In this document: positions 28,708 through 38,263 of the stretch, piece by piece | Layout: each line of letters begins with the position of its first letter | How positions within the stretch are numbered: position 1 is the first letter of the stretch | Assembly: GCA_002371895.1 (NCBI GenBank) | Contig: DFHM01000009.1 | Location: forward strand, 39,271-103,270 | DNA length: 64,000 nt | From: Candidatus Saccharibacteria bacterium UBA3723 | GTDB taxonomy: Bacteria > Patescibacteriota > Saccharimonadia > Saccharimonadales > Saccharimonadaceae | Reading direction: 5' to 3' | The notes under the pieces: generated by a model | Databases searched by the model: none | The model's input: only the letters and a program-made list of their open reading frames with translations | What the model was told of the DNA's origin: nothing | Program-made: the position numbers and the translations under genes

Positions 28708-29379
28708 ATGTTTGAAAGTATATTAAGTACAGACTCGGGGGTATTTGATATTAAAAGTGAGCTGATTTGTCTTGGCGTCGCATTAGTACTTGGCATCCTC
28801 GTTGCATTGACGCACGCCGCAGAAGGTAGAGCAAACAAAAAGCTCCTCACTGCACTCGCAATTTTCCCGGTCCTTGTCCAGGTTGTAATCGTAATGGTAA
28901 ACGGCAACCTCGGCACTAGCGTCGCAATTCTCGGCACCTTTAGCCTCATCCGCTTCCGCAGCATCAAAAGCAACGCGCGCGAGCTCATCAGCGTATTCTT
29001 TTCGATGGCAATCGGCCTCGCGCTCGGCATGGGTCAAGTCTTATTCGCTGTCGTATTTACCGTCTTAACCTGCATCATTCTTCTTATCACTAGCCGCCTC
29101 CACTTTGGCGAAGGCAAAAATATCAAGCGCCTCAAAATTGTCGTACCAGAAGATCTCGATTACGAAAAAATGTTCGATAAAGTTCTCGACAAATACACTA
29201 ACGAAACTAACCTCATTAAGTGCAAAACCATCAATATGGGTAGCTTATATGAGCTCGTCTACGAAGTAGAAATGAAGTCTGACGCATCTGGCCGTGATTT
29301 CATCGATGAGCTTCGCACCAAAAACGGCAACCTTAAGGTCATGCTAAGTACTCCAATCGTCGAAGATAACACATTATAG
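28708..29379 (+). CDS. DUF4956-like membrane protein
   Basis: The start lies just 3' of the upstream stop. TM segments plus FSLIRFRS, and the usual partnership with a VTC-domain gene. Confidence 0.7.
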   Translation: MFESILSTDSGVFDIKSELICLGVALVLGILVALTHAAEGRANKKLLTALAIFPVLVQVVIVMVNGNLGTSVAILGTFSLIRFRSIKSNARELISVFFSMAIGLALGMGQVLFAVVFTVLTCIILLITSRLHFGEGKNIKRLKIVVPEDLDYEKMFDKVLDKYTNETNLIKCKTINMGSLYELVYEVEMKSDASGRDFIDELRTKNGNLKVMLSTPIVEDNTL

Positions 29380-29386
29380 GAGCAAA

Positions 29387-31144
29387 ATGCCTAGAAAAAA
29401 ATTATTTGTCATCATCGCCGCGGTCTTCGCACTCATCGGCATAGTTTTAGCCATCTATCTAATTACAAAAGGCAATACCGACACGAGTGTCGAAGATAGC
29501 GTCAAAGGCATCAATGTCGAATATCTTTCCGACGAATATAGTTTGGATAACGCCACATACATCACAGCAGAAAACGGCAGCATCAGTATTGATGGCTCCG
29601 GCGCATCCGTAAAATCCCAGGCGCTCACCATCAGCAACAAAGGCGTCTATGTACTCAGCGGAGATTTTGCCGACGGCATCACAATCGATGCTCGCGGCGC
29701 AGCGGTCTATGTCGTACTAAACAACGCCAATATTACAAACAGCAACGGCACCTGCATCTACGCGAAGGCCGTCGATACGCTTTATCTGGCGTCCATGAGT
29801 AACACGACCAACACTCTAGCGGATGGTGAAGATTATAGCGAAAACTACGGCACGGAAGACGTCGATGCCGCGGTTTACAGTAAGGGCAATCTCGCCCTAA
29901 TCGGCGACGGCAAAATCGAAATCGTCAGCAATCATTATCATGGCATCCATTCCAAGGATTATCTACAAGTCCTTAGCGGCGAATATCTCGTTAGCGCCAT
30001 CCGTAACGGCGTCATGGGCAAAGATTATGTCGCCATCAAAGACGGCACGCTTAATATCACAAGCGGCAATGACGGCATCAAATCCAACCAAGACACAGAT
30101 ACCAAACTTGGCTACATCGTAATTGATGGCGGCAACATCACCATCAACGCCACTGGCGACGCCATTCACGCGGAGACTCGCATCTCGATTTCTGGCGGCA
30201 CCCTCAACCTCACCACGGGCGGCGGCGCAAAGATTACCAGCACAAACCAAGAATGGGGAAGATGGGGTGGCACCAGCAATGCCAATTCCGAATCAAACAC
30301 TTCCGCAAAGGGCATCAAGGCAGAAAAATACATCCTCATCGATGGCGGCAATATTACTCTTAATACGAGCGATGACGCAATCCACTCAAATACAAATGTC
30401 GTAATTAATAATGGCGACATCACTATTAATTCTGGCGACGACGGCATCCATGCCGATTCTAGCCTTATCGTCAATAATGGCAACATCGACATTGCCCAGA
30501 GCTATGAAGGCATCGAGGCTGAAAGTGTCACGGTAAACGATGGCAACATTAGCGTCGTTGCGAGCGACGATGGTTTTAATGCGGCAGGCGGCAATGATTC
30601 ATCTAGTGTTAATGGTCGCGCCGGCCGAAACAACTTTGGCGGCAACGGCGTTGGCTCCCTGACATTTAATGGCGGCATCGTCTATGTTAACAGCACAGGC
30701 GACGGCCTTGATTCCAACAATAGTATCACGATTACAGGTGGATATATTACCGTTGACGGCCCAACCAACAATGGCAATGGCGCGCTTGACCACGATGGTA
30801 ATATGCTAATCTCCGGCGGAACACTCATCGCTGCGGGATCCAGTGGCATGCTAGAACTTCCATCTACCAGTTCTGCACAAAACAGCATCTGCATTGTCTT
30901 TTCTAGCACGCCTAGTGCAAATACAGAATTCACATTAAAGGACGCTGACGGCAATGCAATCGTTTCCTACACGCCTTCAAAACAATACGCAAGTATTATC
31001 GTCTCAACGCCAGAAATCGCTACAAACGCGTCCTACACGGCTTATACGGGCGATTTGAAAGCGGGAACCATTACAGTCACAAGCCCAGTCAGTAGTTACG
31101 GCAACGTTGGCGGCAATATGAACCGCGGCGGCATGCGCCGCTAG
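29387..31144 (+). CDS. Secreted beta-helix carbohydrate-binding (Cthe_2159-like) repeat protein
   Basis: Signal anchor, then iterated GDAIHA, SDDAIHSN, GDDGIHAD, YEGIEA, SDDGFNA, GDGLDSN and NGALDHDG repeats. Confidence 0.72.
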   Translation: MPRKKLFVIIAAVFALIGIVLAIYLITKGNTDTSVEDSVKGINVEYLSDEYSLDNATYITAENGSISIDGSGASVKSQALTISNKGVYVLSGDFADGITIDARGAAVYVVLNNANITNSNGTCIYAKAVDTLYLASMSNTTNTLADGEDYSENYGTEDVDAAVYSKGNLALIGDGKIEIVSNHYHGIHSKDYLQVLSGEYLVSAIRNGVMGKDYVAIKDGTLNITSGNDGIKSNQDTDTKLGYIVIDGGNITINATGDAIHAETRISISGGTLNLTTGGGAKITSTNQEWGRWGGTSNANSESNTSAKGIKAEKYILIDGGNITLNTSDDAIHSNTNVVINNGDITINSGDDGIHADSSLIVNNGNIDIAQSYEGIEAESVTVNDGNISVVASDDGFNAAGGNDSSSVNGRAGRNNFGGNGVGSLTFNGGIVYVNSTGDGLDSNNSITITGGYITVDGPTNNGNGALDHDGNMLISGGTLIAAGSSGMLELPSTSSAQNSICIVFSSTPSANTEFTLKDADGNAIVSYTPSKQYASIIVSTPEIATNASYTAYTGDLKAGTITVTSPVSSYGNVGGNMNRGGMRR

Positions 31145-31159
31145 TATGCGTCGCTAGCA

Positions 31160-31188
31160 TTGACTATTTTCGCCAAATGTGGTATAAT
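31160..31188 (+). promoter_or_regulatory. Consensus extended -10 promoter
   Basis: TTGACT, a 17-nt spacer, then TGgTATAAT. Confidence 0.7.
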
Positions 31189-31233
31189 TAAAAGATGTAA
31201 CGTCTCCATTCATCAAATAGGGGGGGGAATATC

Positions 31234-31476
31234 ATGAGACGAGCACCTAGCAAGAATCACACCTACGGAAACATAAATCGCGCAAAAACCGCAGAGGAGC
31301 TTAAGGCGGAAGCGGACGCAAAGTCGAATGCCGCATACCTCAAGGTGAGTGAAAAAATCCGAAATGGCACCTATACCTCCAAGGACAAGGAGGAATACGT
31401 CAGCACTCTCACGAGTATCATGCAGGAATTCTGCGATTCTCTCATCGCTCTCAACAAAAGCGAAAACCCGGGCTAA
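31234..31476 (+). CDS. Small hypothetical protein (80 aa)
   Basis: A G-rich SD lies 6 nt upstream. The stop codon sits inside the terminator loop. Confidence 0.5.
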   Translation: MRRAPSKNHTYGNINRAKTAEELKAEADAKSNAAYLKVSEKIRNGTYTSKDKEEYVSTLTSIMQEFCDSLIALNKSENPG

Positions 31477-31493
31477 GCCCGGGTTTATTTTTT
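31464..31493. terminator. Bidirectional terminator
   Basis: Stem AAACCCGGG/CCCGGGTTT followed by TATTTTTT. Confidence 0.7.
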
Positions 31494-32130
31494 ACTGACA
31501 ACCGTTTGCGTATTCTATCGTATATTGTTCTGGATCAACATTATGCTTTTTTAGCCACTCAAGCGCATTTGGCTTCAAAGCTTCACGGCGTGCCTCCTTG
31601 CAGGAGAGAAGGGTAATCTTTACAATCGTGCCTTTTTCTTCATCTTCATAGGCCACAATATTAAAACCGTCATCGTAGCTATTGTATGGTGTTACGGAAT
31701 AAATATCAGCCGTCTGTTTTTCCTTCTTGTATTCCTCGGATGCAAGTTCTGCCGCCCTACGACAAATATCATCATCTTCTTTATGCTCGTCATACCAAGT
31801 ATTGCCATCGATTTCATTCAAACAAACCAATAGCTTCTTCGTTTCGCCTTCCTCGATACTAAATTCGCTAGCATAAGGAGAGAAGTCGTCGCGCGTTACC
31901 GCAATGCTATAATCTCCTGGCTCAATCTTGTGCGTGCCATTTTTATATCTTTTCTCGCCAATCAAGATTTTTGCGTCCGAAGGCGCCACAATTACTTCAA
32001 TCGTGGCAGTTTTTGGAATATTAATAATCCAAGCTATCAAAATCGCAATCACGGCAATTACGAATATGACGACACCCGCGATGATTAATTTAATACGGTT
32101 AGACATTTGTTTTTCGGTTACTTCTGCCAT
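31492..32130 (-). CDS. Membrane-anchored protein with PEGA-like domain
   Basis: N-terminal TM, then IEVIVAPSDAKILIGEKRYKNGTHKIEPGDYSIAV. Confidence 0.55.
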   Translation of the reverse strand: MAEVTEKQMSNRIKLIIAGVVIFVIAVIAILIAWIINIPKTATIEVIVAPSDAKILIGEKRYKNGTHKIEPGDYSIAVTRDDFSPYASEFSIEEGETKKLLVCLNEIDGNTWYDEHKEDDDICRRAAELASEEYKKEKQTADIYSVTPYNSYDDGFNIVAYEDEEKGTIVKITLLSCKEARREALKPNALEWLKKHNVDPEQYTIEYANGCQ

Positions 32131-32141
32131 GGTTATCCTCC

Positions 32142-35108
32142 TTATTTATGCCTAAAGATTTTGTAGTCACCGCGAGGGTCACTCAAGTTTACGCTAGTAC
32201 TGAGCTCGCCACTGTGGCTATTATAGGAAGCCTGCGCCTCGTGACCAACGCCATCAATTTCAACATACAGCTTAATATGTCCATGTCCACCATAGACGCC
32301 AGGTACGCCATCTACCTGCAAAATATCTCCCGGCCGCAATATTGAAGGGTCGCCTGTATTCGGTATTTCCTCATATAGTTCCGGGTGCGCTCGCATGTAA
32401 TCACGCTGGTTTTCCGTACCGCAACACGCAAAGTCTGGATCAACACCAGAATAACGCATCACCGTAGCCACGAAGAAGTCGCAGCTAGAACCACCAGACG
32501 GAATCCATGTCCATTCCGGCGAAACTTCCTTATAGGCAGCCTCGTATTCTGGTTTTGGCGTCATTGTACCAACGTGCGGATCGCCAACCGGCCAGGCTAG
32601 GTCGATAGCGGTCTGATTAACATCCATGTTGCCCTTACTATTACTAGAGCCACATTCGCCTTTATCGTTACTAAACGAGCCACCACCCGCTGCAACATAG
32701 TAGATATATGCACCATAGTCGGAGTTCGCCGGATATTCAATTGGACCATAGTCGACTTTGATCTGGCCCCAAGTGCCGTTACTCTTGGTTGGCTCTACGG
32801 TTGGGTCGCGTTTTGCATCGGCGCGGTTCATGACGTACGGTGAACCCTCGCCGTTTTCTGCCTCTTCTTCAGTAAAGCCTAAATCGCGCGCCTGAGTCTT
32901 ATAGACACCCGCACGGCCGTTATAACCGAAGAATGCATATTTAATATTGTCGTCATCCGAAGCATCCTTGCCGCCCAAATGACCACTAAACTCATTGAGG
33001 GCCGCTACCGCCTGCTCAACAAACTCCGCATCGGTATTTTCGTGGCCAGCCGGAACATCTAGTGCCAAAATCTGGAAGATGCCATCGCTGTTCGGGTTCG
33101 TACGGGATAGGTTGGACTCGCGCACGTGAATTGCGGCAAGTACCGCCCATGGAATATTATCGCCTTGTTTCTTTGAAGCCTCTTCGTATAGCGGCTGATA
33201 TTCCTGTACCTTCGCCCATTGCTCATCGGTAAATACCGGGTTACCAGCATAATCTTTGTTTTCGCCGGCAGATGCCGTAGTTGCAGCATTATTTTTACCA
33301 CCAGAGCCAGTCGTGCCACCGCCACCCGTAATCGCCTTGCCATGCAATTCTTTATAGATAGCCTCAGCATTGCTAATACGCGCGGCCGTCTCGCCCGAGG
33401 ATTCCGTACACTGCGTACAGCCCTCAACATCAACCGACCAGCGCAAGGCCGCCTGTCTTACATCCTTATCTACGCTCAAGAAGCTACTATAGCTACTAGA
33501 CACCTCATCATAGAGGAACGTTACAGAGAGCGACATCAAGTCATTTACGTCAGTTTCACTATCGGCGGCCTTAATGAAGTTATCGCCACCACTAACATCG
33601 TATTTTTCCGGCTCCAAGAAATAGTGCATCAAATCTGGCGCCTGTTGTTTAATGTAGCTCAAGAAGTTTACGCGGCGACCATTCGACCACTGAATCAGAC
33701 CAATACCGTATGGATGGTCAGTAGCATGTTCGATATCGTATGGCCAATATGCGTCATGCTGAGAAATTTCGTGGCGGACTGGATTGAAGCCACTTTCGTT
33801 CTGCATGTTACCCATAATGCCGGCTGCCTGCTCCTCAGTGAAGCCGATAGAGGTCAAGCCAGACCAAACTTTTTCTTTTGCCGTACTGCCCTTAATTACG
33901 GCCTGGCCACGACTATTGCCTTCGCAGAACTCTGCAATATCCGCCGTGCCATCTTTATATTTACTCAGATAATCTTCCCAAGAGACACCGGATTTAATCT
34001 TATAAATTTTCGCATTTTTGCTCATGCCATACGGGGAAGAAGTGTTCTCCGAGGCTGGATCATGAAAGACATCGATATTGTAATTTCCAGAAACGCCACC
34101 ATCGCCAGCACCGGTATCGGTCACGAGATAGAAATGTTCGTGCGCCGCAGAACCTTCGCCAGACTTCTCAGTTTCAATATAGACTACGTCACCAAGGCTC
34201 AAATCTGGATCATGTTGATTAATCGCAATCTGACCATCCGCCAATTTACCATCATTGTATTTTTCACTAGCATTTCTACCAGCATTACCGCCGTTCTCCG
34301 AGGCGTCAGAGCTATAAAAGGTTACCGTAGAGTGATTAGCTAACGCTTCGCCCTTATCAATCTCGGTCTTCGAAACTTTGCTACCGCCGGCAACGCCAAG
34401 AATCGTATCAACGAAAGTCTCCATTGCCTTTTGGTCTTTTGGATGTACGCCATCGCCAAGATATTCGCTCTCTTTGCCATCAACTACAGCCTTCCAGTCC
34501 GCAAGGGCAACCTTTGATTCGCTATCAGCTATCGATTTGAAGTTTTTGTTATTATCATCGTAGTTGCCATTAGTAGTGTGGTTAGTAGTGAATACGATGC
34601 GATCCGCGCTAGATGCCAGTGTGAGTACTTTTTTGATATGCTCGGTAGTTACAGCATTAGGATCATTCGTACCAAGCGCAAAAATCAACACTTTACGGAC
34701 TTGGTTGTTCTTAGATAGTCCTTCCAAAATCGTAAGACCACTGTCACCACCAGCACTATCCGAAGCATCCATCCAGAAATGTTTACTAACCTTAGCATGT
34801 AAATCTACTTGCGGAATCTTCTGTTTTATTACGTCCTTAGACATTTCGGAAATGGAATCGCCAATCCATGTTACATCCGAGCCATCACCGTTGTACGCGC
34901 CAGCAGTCATCTGCGAACAGTCTTCTGGTCCACAGGCGTCCGGATCGTAGAACATAATATTATTCGCCGCAAATTTGTCGATATAGTCTTCTACCTTCGC
35001 GTAGGTGCTCATCGGTGCAAAAAGCGACACAAAAATTGCCAACAATACAAGTAGGCCTCTTTGTATTCTGTTTTTCACTATACTAACTCCACTTTTTATT
35101 ACATCCAT
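32142..35108 (-). CDS. Secreted multi-domain peptidoglycan hydrolase: SGNH esterase, 3D/DPBB, tail-lysozyme-like, SLT-like and NlpC/P60-or-CHAP-like modules
   Basis: Signal peptide. Modules are IGDSIS..GTND..DGVHP; GDVVYIE...VTDTGAG...IDVFHD; AAGIMGNMQNESGFNP..GIGLIQWS; IPWAVLAAIHVRESN; and SCDFFVATV...GHGHIKLY. Confidence 0.8.
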   Translation of the reverse strand: MDVIKSGVSIVKNRIQRGLLVLLAIFVSLFAPMSTYAKVEDYIDKFAANNIMFYDPDACGPEDCSQMTAGAYNGDGSDVTWIGDSISEMSKDVIKQKIPQVDLHAKVSKHFWMDASDSAGGDSGLTILEGLSKNNQVRKVLIFALGTNDPNAVTTEHIKKVLTLASSADRIVFTTNHTTNGNYDDNNKNFKSIADSESKVALADWKAVVDGKESEYLGDGVHPKDQKAMETFVDTILGVAGGSKVSKTEIDKGEALANHSTVTFYSSDASENGGNAGRNASEKYNDGKLADGQIAINQHDPDLSLGDVVYIETEKSGEGSAAHEHFYLVTDTGAGDGGVSGNYNIDVFHDPASENTSSPYGMSKNAKIYKIKSGVSWEDYLSKYKDGTADIAEFCEGNSRGQAVIKGSTAKEKVWSGLTSIGFTEEQAAGIMGNMQNESGFNPVRHEISQHDAYWPYDIEHATDHPYGIGLIQWSNGRRVNFLSYIKQQAPDLMHYFLEPEKYDVSGGDNFIKAADSETDVNDLMSLSVTFLYDEVSSSYSSFLSVDKDVRQAALRWSVDVEGCTQCTESSGETAARISNAEAIYKELHGKAITGGGGTTGSGGKNNAATTASAGENKDYAGNPVFTDEQWAKVQEYQPLYEEASKKQGDNIPWAVLAAIHVRESNLSRTNPNSDGIFQILALDVPAGHENTDAEFVEQAVAALNEFSGHLGGKDASDDDNIKYAFFGYNGRAGVYKTQARDLGFTEEEAENGEGSPYVMNRADAKRDPTVEPTKSNGTWGQIKVDYGPIEYPANSDYGAYIYYVAAGGGSFSNDKGECGSSNSKGNMDVNQTAIDLAWPVGDPHVGTMTPKPEYEAAYKEVSPEWTWIPSGGSSCDFFVATVMRYSGVDPDFACCGTENQRDYMRAHPELYEEIPNTGDPSILRPGDILQVDGVPGVYGGHGHIKLYVEIDGVGHEAQASYNSHSGELSTSVNLSDPRGDYKIFRHK

Positions 35109-35274
35109 TATAACATGCTAACGCTAAATAAAACCCTGCATATAAGGATATAAATGGACAAAAATGCATAGTCTCGCATCACAATTCCGCTTATGCTTAA
35201 ACTTTTATACAATTTATTATGGACAATGCCAAAAATGTGGTAAAATATTTTTAGTGAGTAAAGAGTTTTACTTG

Positions 35275-35303
35275 TTGACAACATGAAATAATCATGTTAA
35301 TAT
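35275..35303 (+). promoter_or_regulatory. Sigma70-like promoter
   Basis: TTGACA, a 17-nt spacer, then TAATAT. Confidence 0.65.
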
Positions 35304-35355
35304 ATTTAAAAGTTAAGTTATAAACCCTAACGACGGAGAATAAGGAAGCAGTAGC

Positions 35356-36387
35356 ATGAATAATGCGGATACGATTGCTAAAGCAATCGAAAATAGCCTC
35401 AGCATAATTGAACAAGAACGTGAACGGGAAATCATCTCGCGTAGATTTGGGCTCAATGGCCATAAGGAGACCCTTGAACAGATCGGCGAAATGTTGTCTA
35501 TTACACGCGAACGTGTTCGCCAGCTTGAAAAGGCAATTCTTATTCGTCTCCGCATCGCAGCAGAGGAAGGCAAAATCGCAAACCTCGCCGCCGCAGAAAA
35601 ACTTATTATTCGTAACTTAACTGAAATGGGCCGCGTTGCACGCAGCTCCGATCTAGCAAAGAAAATCCTTGGCCATGAGGCCACTCCAGTCGACAAGGCA
35701 AACTTTAGTTTCCTCGGAGAAATCTCTCCAGCTTTGACCATCATTACCGAAAACGACAAGTATCACAATGCTATTGGTATCGCTGAATACGGCGACGAAA
35801 AAGCCCTTCGTGTTAAGGTAGACGAAATTGTTTCTCTGATTAAGGCCAATAAGAAGCCACTCAGCATCGATGAACTAGACGAAAAGCTCAACTATGAGCA
35901 TCCATCTCACATCGAAGCCGTCGCCCGCATCAGCAAGCTACTTTCCACCCTCAATGATCAATGGGGCCTCACCAAGTGGCCAACCGTCAATCCAAAGAAC
36001 ATTCGCGACAAAATCTACGTAGTTCTCGAAGAGCACAAAGAGCCTATGCACTTCAACGACATCGCAAAGGCAATTAGCTCTTCTGATTTCAAACGCAAGA
36101 ACGTTACTGTTCAAGCCATCCACAACGAGCTCATCAAAGATTCTCGCTTCGTTCTAATCGGCCGCGGTATTTATGCGCTCGACAGCTGGGGCTACCAAAA
36201 GGGAACTGTTTCCGACATTATCACCAAGATCCTCAGGAACGCCGGCGACGAAGGTCTTTCCCGCAAAGAAATCGTCAAGCAAGTCCTCAAGGAACGCAAG
36301 GTAAAAGAAACCACCGTTCTTCTAAACCTCCAAAACAAGAGCCTATTTACCAAAGTTGGCAAAGACGGTTACAAATTAGCAGCCTAA
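35356..36387 (+). CDS. Sigma-70 region-4 HTH plus HARE-HTH (RpoE-delta-like) DNA-binding protein
   Basis: ETLEQIGEMLSITRERVRQLEKAIL is region 4. The C-terminal part is PMHFNDIAKAI...IHNELIKDSRFVLIGRGIYAL. Confidence 0.7.
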   Translation: MNNADTIAKAIENSLSIIEQEREREIISRRFGLNGHKETLEQIGEMLSITRERVRQLEKAILIRLRIAAEEGKIANLAAAEKLIIRNLTEMGRVARSSDLAKKILGHEATPVDKANFSFLGEISPALTIITENDKYHNAIGIAEYGDEKALRVKVDEIVSLIKANKKPLSIDELDEKLNYEHPSHIEAVARISKLLSTLNDQWGLTKWPTVNPKNIRDKIYVVLEEHKEPMHFNDIAKAISSSDFKRKNVTVQAIHNELIKDSRFVLIGRGIYALDSWGYQKGTVSDIITKILRNAGDEGLSRKEIVKQVLKERKVKETTVLLNLQNKSLFTKVGKDGYKLAA

Positions 36388-36391
36388 CCAA

Positions 36392-36421
36392 AAATATCTC
36401 CCGCATGGGAGATATTTTTTA
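36392..36421. terminator. Bidirectional terminator
   Basis: Stem AAATATCTCCC/GGGAGATATTT followed by a T-run. Confidence 0.7.
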
Positions 36422-38227
36422 TTGCAAATGTTTTTCTGCGTCAATTACTTGCTGCAGATTTTCAAATAGGGAACAGTGATTTTCTGCTAGCTCTTCTTCG
36501 GTTGGCCATGCGCGATTGGAATGATCGAGTGGGGATTTTACGCAGTAAGCACGGTAATTATTGACGTCCTCAAAATCGATAATATCGTCACGTTCGTCAC
36601 CAATTTGAATGGCTTCGTGCGCATAGATATTCTCAAATCCATAAAAACCACTAATTTCAAAACCGCCATCGCGCGTCTGACATTCCGTAAAGAAGCTGCG
36701 CTTTTTGCGATCTGGCGTCGCCATAAAACGCGGCGAGATATTTAATTTCCTAAATAACGGCAAAACAACCGAAGTGAATTTTGCGTCCTGAAAAGCATGC
36801 TCGCCATAAGTTAAAACTACCATCTCAGCATCTTCACGCTCATTGATATATTTCAGAAGATCTTCCGCGCCCGGCAATAAATAATCCTGATATTTATCAT
36901 TTTCCGCTAGTTGCATCGCCATAGAATTATATACATCATGCGCCGTCGCGCTACTCAGACGTTTCGCAAGAATACGATTGAGCGCCGTCGTCGGATCAAA
37001 AGTCGCATGTTTGCCAGCAAGACGCATTTTTACGTATTCGTTTTCGCTATTCAAATCCAGTTCGCCAAATTCCGTATCACGTGCAATCAAATAATCACCA
37101 TAATCGCGCTGAAGCTCATCGCCCAAATGGTCCTGATATTTATTTGATGCTTCGCAAAGACATTCAAACAACATACTTGTACGAATAAGCGTTCTGTCCA
37201 TATCGACCACGTACAACGATTTAACTTCTTTGATTTTTTCGGCGGTCTTTTCGTAGCTGCCAAGAATACATTTCGCAAGCTTATCACTATCATGACGAAT
37301 CAAAGCGCGCTGTTTTTCGAGCGGATCGATTTTCGCATTATTCTTCCAAATCGCGCGCGACAATAAATCCACGCCGCGAAATTCGTAATGGCGCTCAACT
37401 TCTTCAAATTTAACCGGGTGTTCGCCCTCCAAAGCATAGCGCTTTACCAGCTCTTCGCTCGGCTCATTTGTGTTATAAATAACCTCATCCAAGAAATCTA
37501 CGCCAGCAATACGTTCAAGTTCATCGGCAAAATCTGCAACCGTAAAATCTTTCGTATGACGCTCCTGATTCATCAAGTTACAGACATAGATTTTCTTTGC
37601 CTGCGACTGCGCAAGCGCTTGGCCAATGCCACGCACGATTAATGACGCACCAAGACTTTCATACAAGCCACCCGGCGCAATCACAATCAAATCCGCATCT
37701 GCGATTGCGCGCAGAGCAGCACTGTTTGGTTCTGGCTTTGGTTCGAGCCAAATTCTTGGACGAGTATTTGCAAATGTAGCCTCACGAATCTCGCGTTCGT
37801 GATAAATCTTTTTCTCGCCATCATCCACCGCCAGCGTAACTTTATCCAAAGTTATCGGCAGAACGCTATGTGCACCAATATCCAACACATCGCTAGCCGT
37901 CTCGACCGCGTCCGCAAAACTGCCGGTCGTCTTTTCTAGCGCAGTAATAAACAAGTTTCCAAAAGAATGCCCAGCAAGCGAGCCTTCATCAAAGCGATAA
38001 TTAAACAAATCACGCAGTTTTGGCGAATTTGAAAGCGCCACCAAACATTGGCGCGCATCGCCAGGCGGCAAAACGCCAAGTTCGTCACGCAGTTGCCCAG
38101 TCGAACCACCATCATCCGCCATGCTTACAAGTGCCGTAATGTGACCGCAATAATCCTTTAAGCCAGACAAAACCATAAAGCTGCCAGTACCACCACCAAT
38201 AACAACCACATTCATCTCTTTATCCAT
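36419..38227 (-). CDS. YvcK/CofD-family (gluconeogenesis factor) domain fused to a HAD-like phosphatase domain
   Basis: N-terminal VVVIGGGTGSFMVLSGLK...SMADDGGSTGQLRDELGVLPPGDARQC. C-terminal part has HAD motif I VVDMDRTL and motif IV IGDERDD. Confidence 0.78.
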   Translation of the reverse strand: MDKEMNVVVIGGGTGSFMVLSGLKDYCGHITALVSMADDGGSTGQLRDELGVLPPGDARQCLVALSNSPKLRDLFNYRFDEGSLAGHSFGNLFITALEKTTGSFADAVETASDVLDIGAHSVLPITLDKVTLAVDDGEKKIYHEREIREATFANTRPRIWLEPKPEPNSAALRAIADADLIVIAPGGLYESLGASLIVRGIGQALAQSQAKKIYVCNLMNQERHTKDFTVADFADELERIAGVDFLDEVIYNTNEPSEELVKRYALEGEHPVKFEEVERHYEFRGVDLLSRAIWKNNAKIDPLEKQRALIRHDSDKLAKCILGSYEKTAEKIKEVKSLYVVDMDRTLIRTSMLFECLCEASNKYQDHLGDELQRDYGDYLIARDTEFGELDLNSENEYVKMRLAGKHATFDPTTALNRILAKRLSSATAHDVYNSMAMQLAENDKYQDYLLPGAEDLLKYINEREDAEMVVLTYGEHAFQDAKFTSVVLPLFRKLNISPRFMATPDRKKRSFFTECQTRDGGFEISGFYGFENIYAHEAIQIGDERDDIIDFEDVNNYRAYCVKSPLDHSNRAWPTEEELAENHCSLFENLQQVIDAEKHLQ

Positions 38228-38263
38228 ATAGTTTTAGTTTACCATTTATGCTAAAATACTAGC

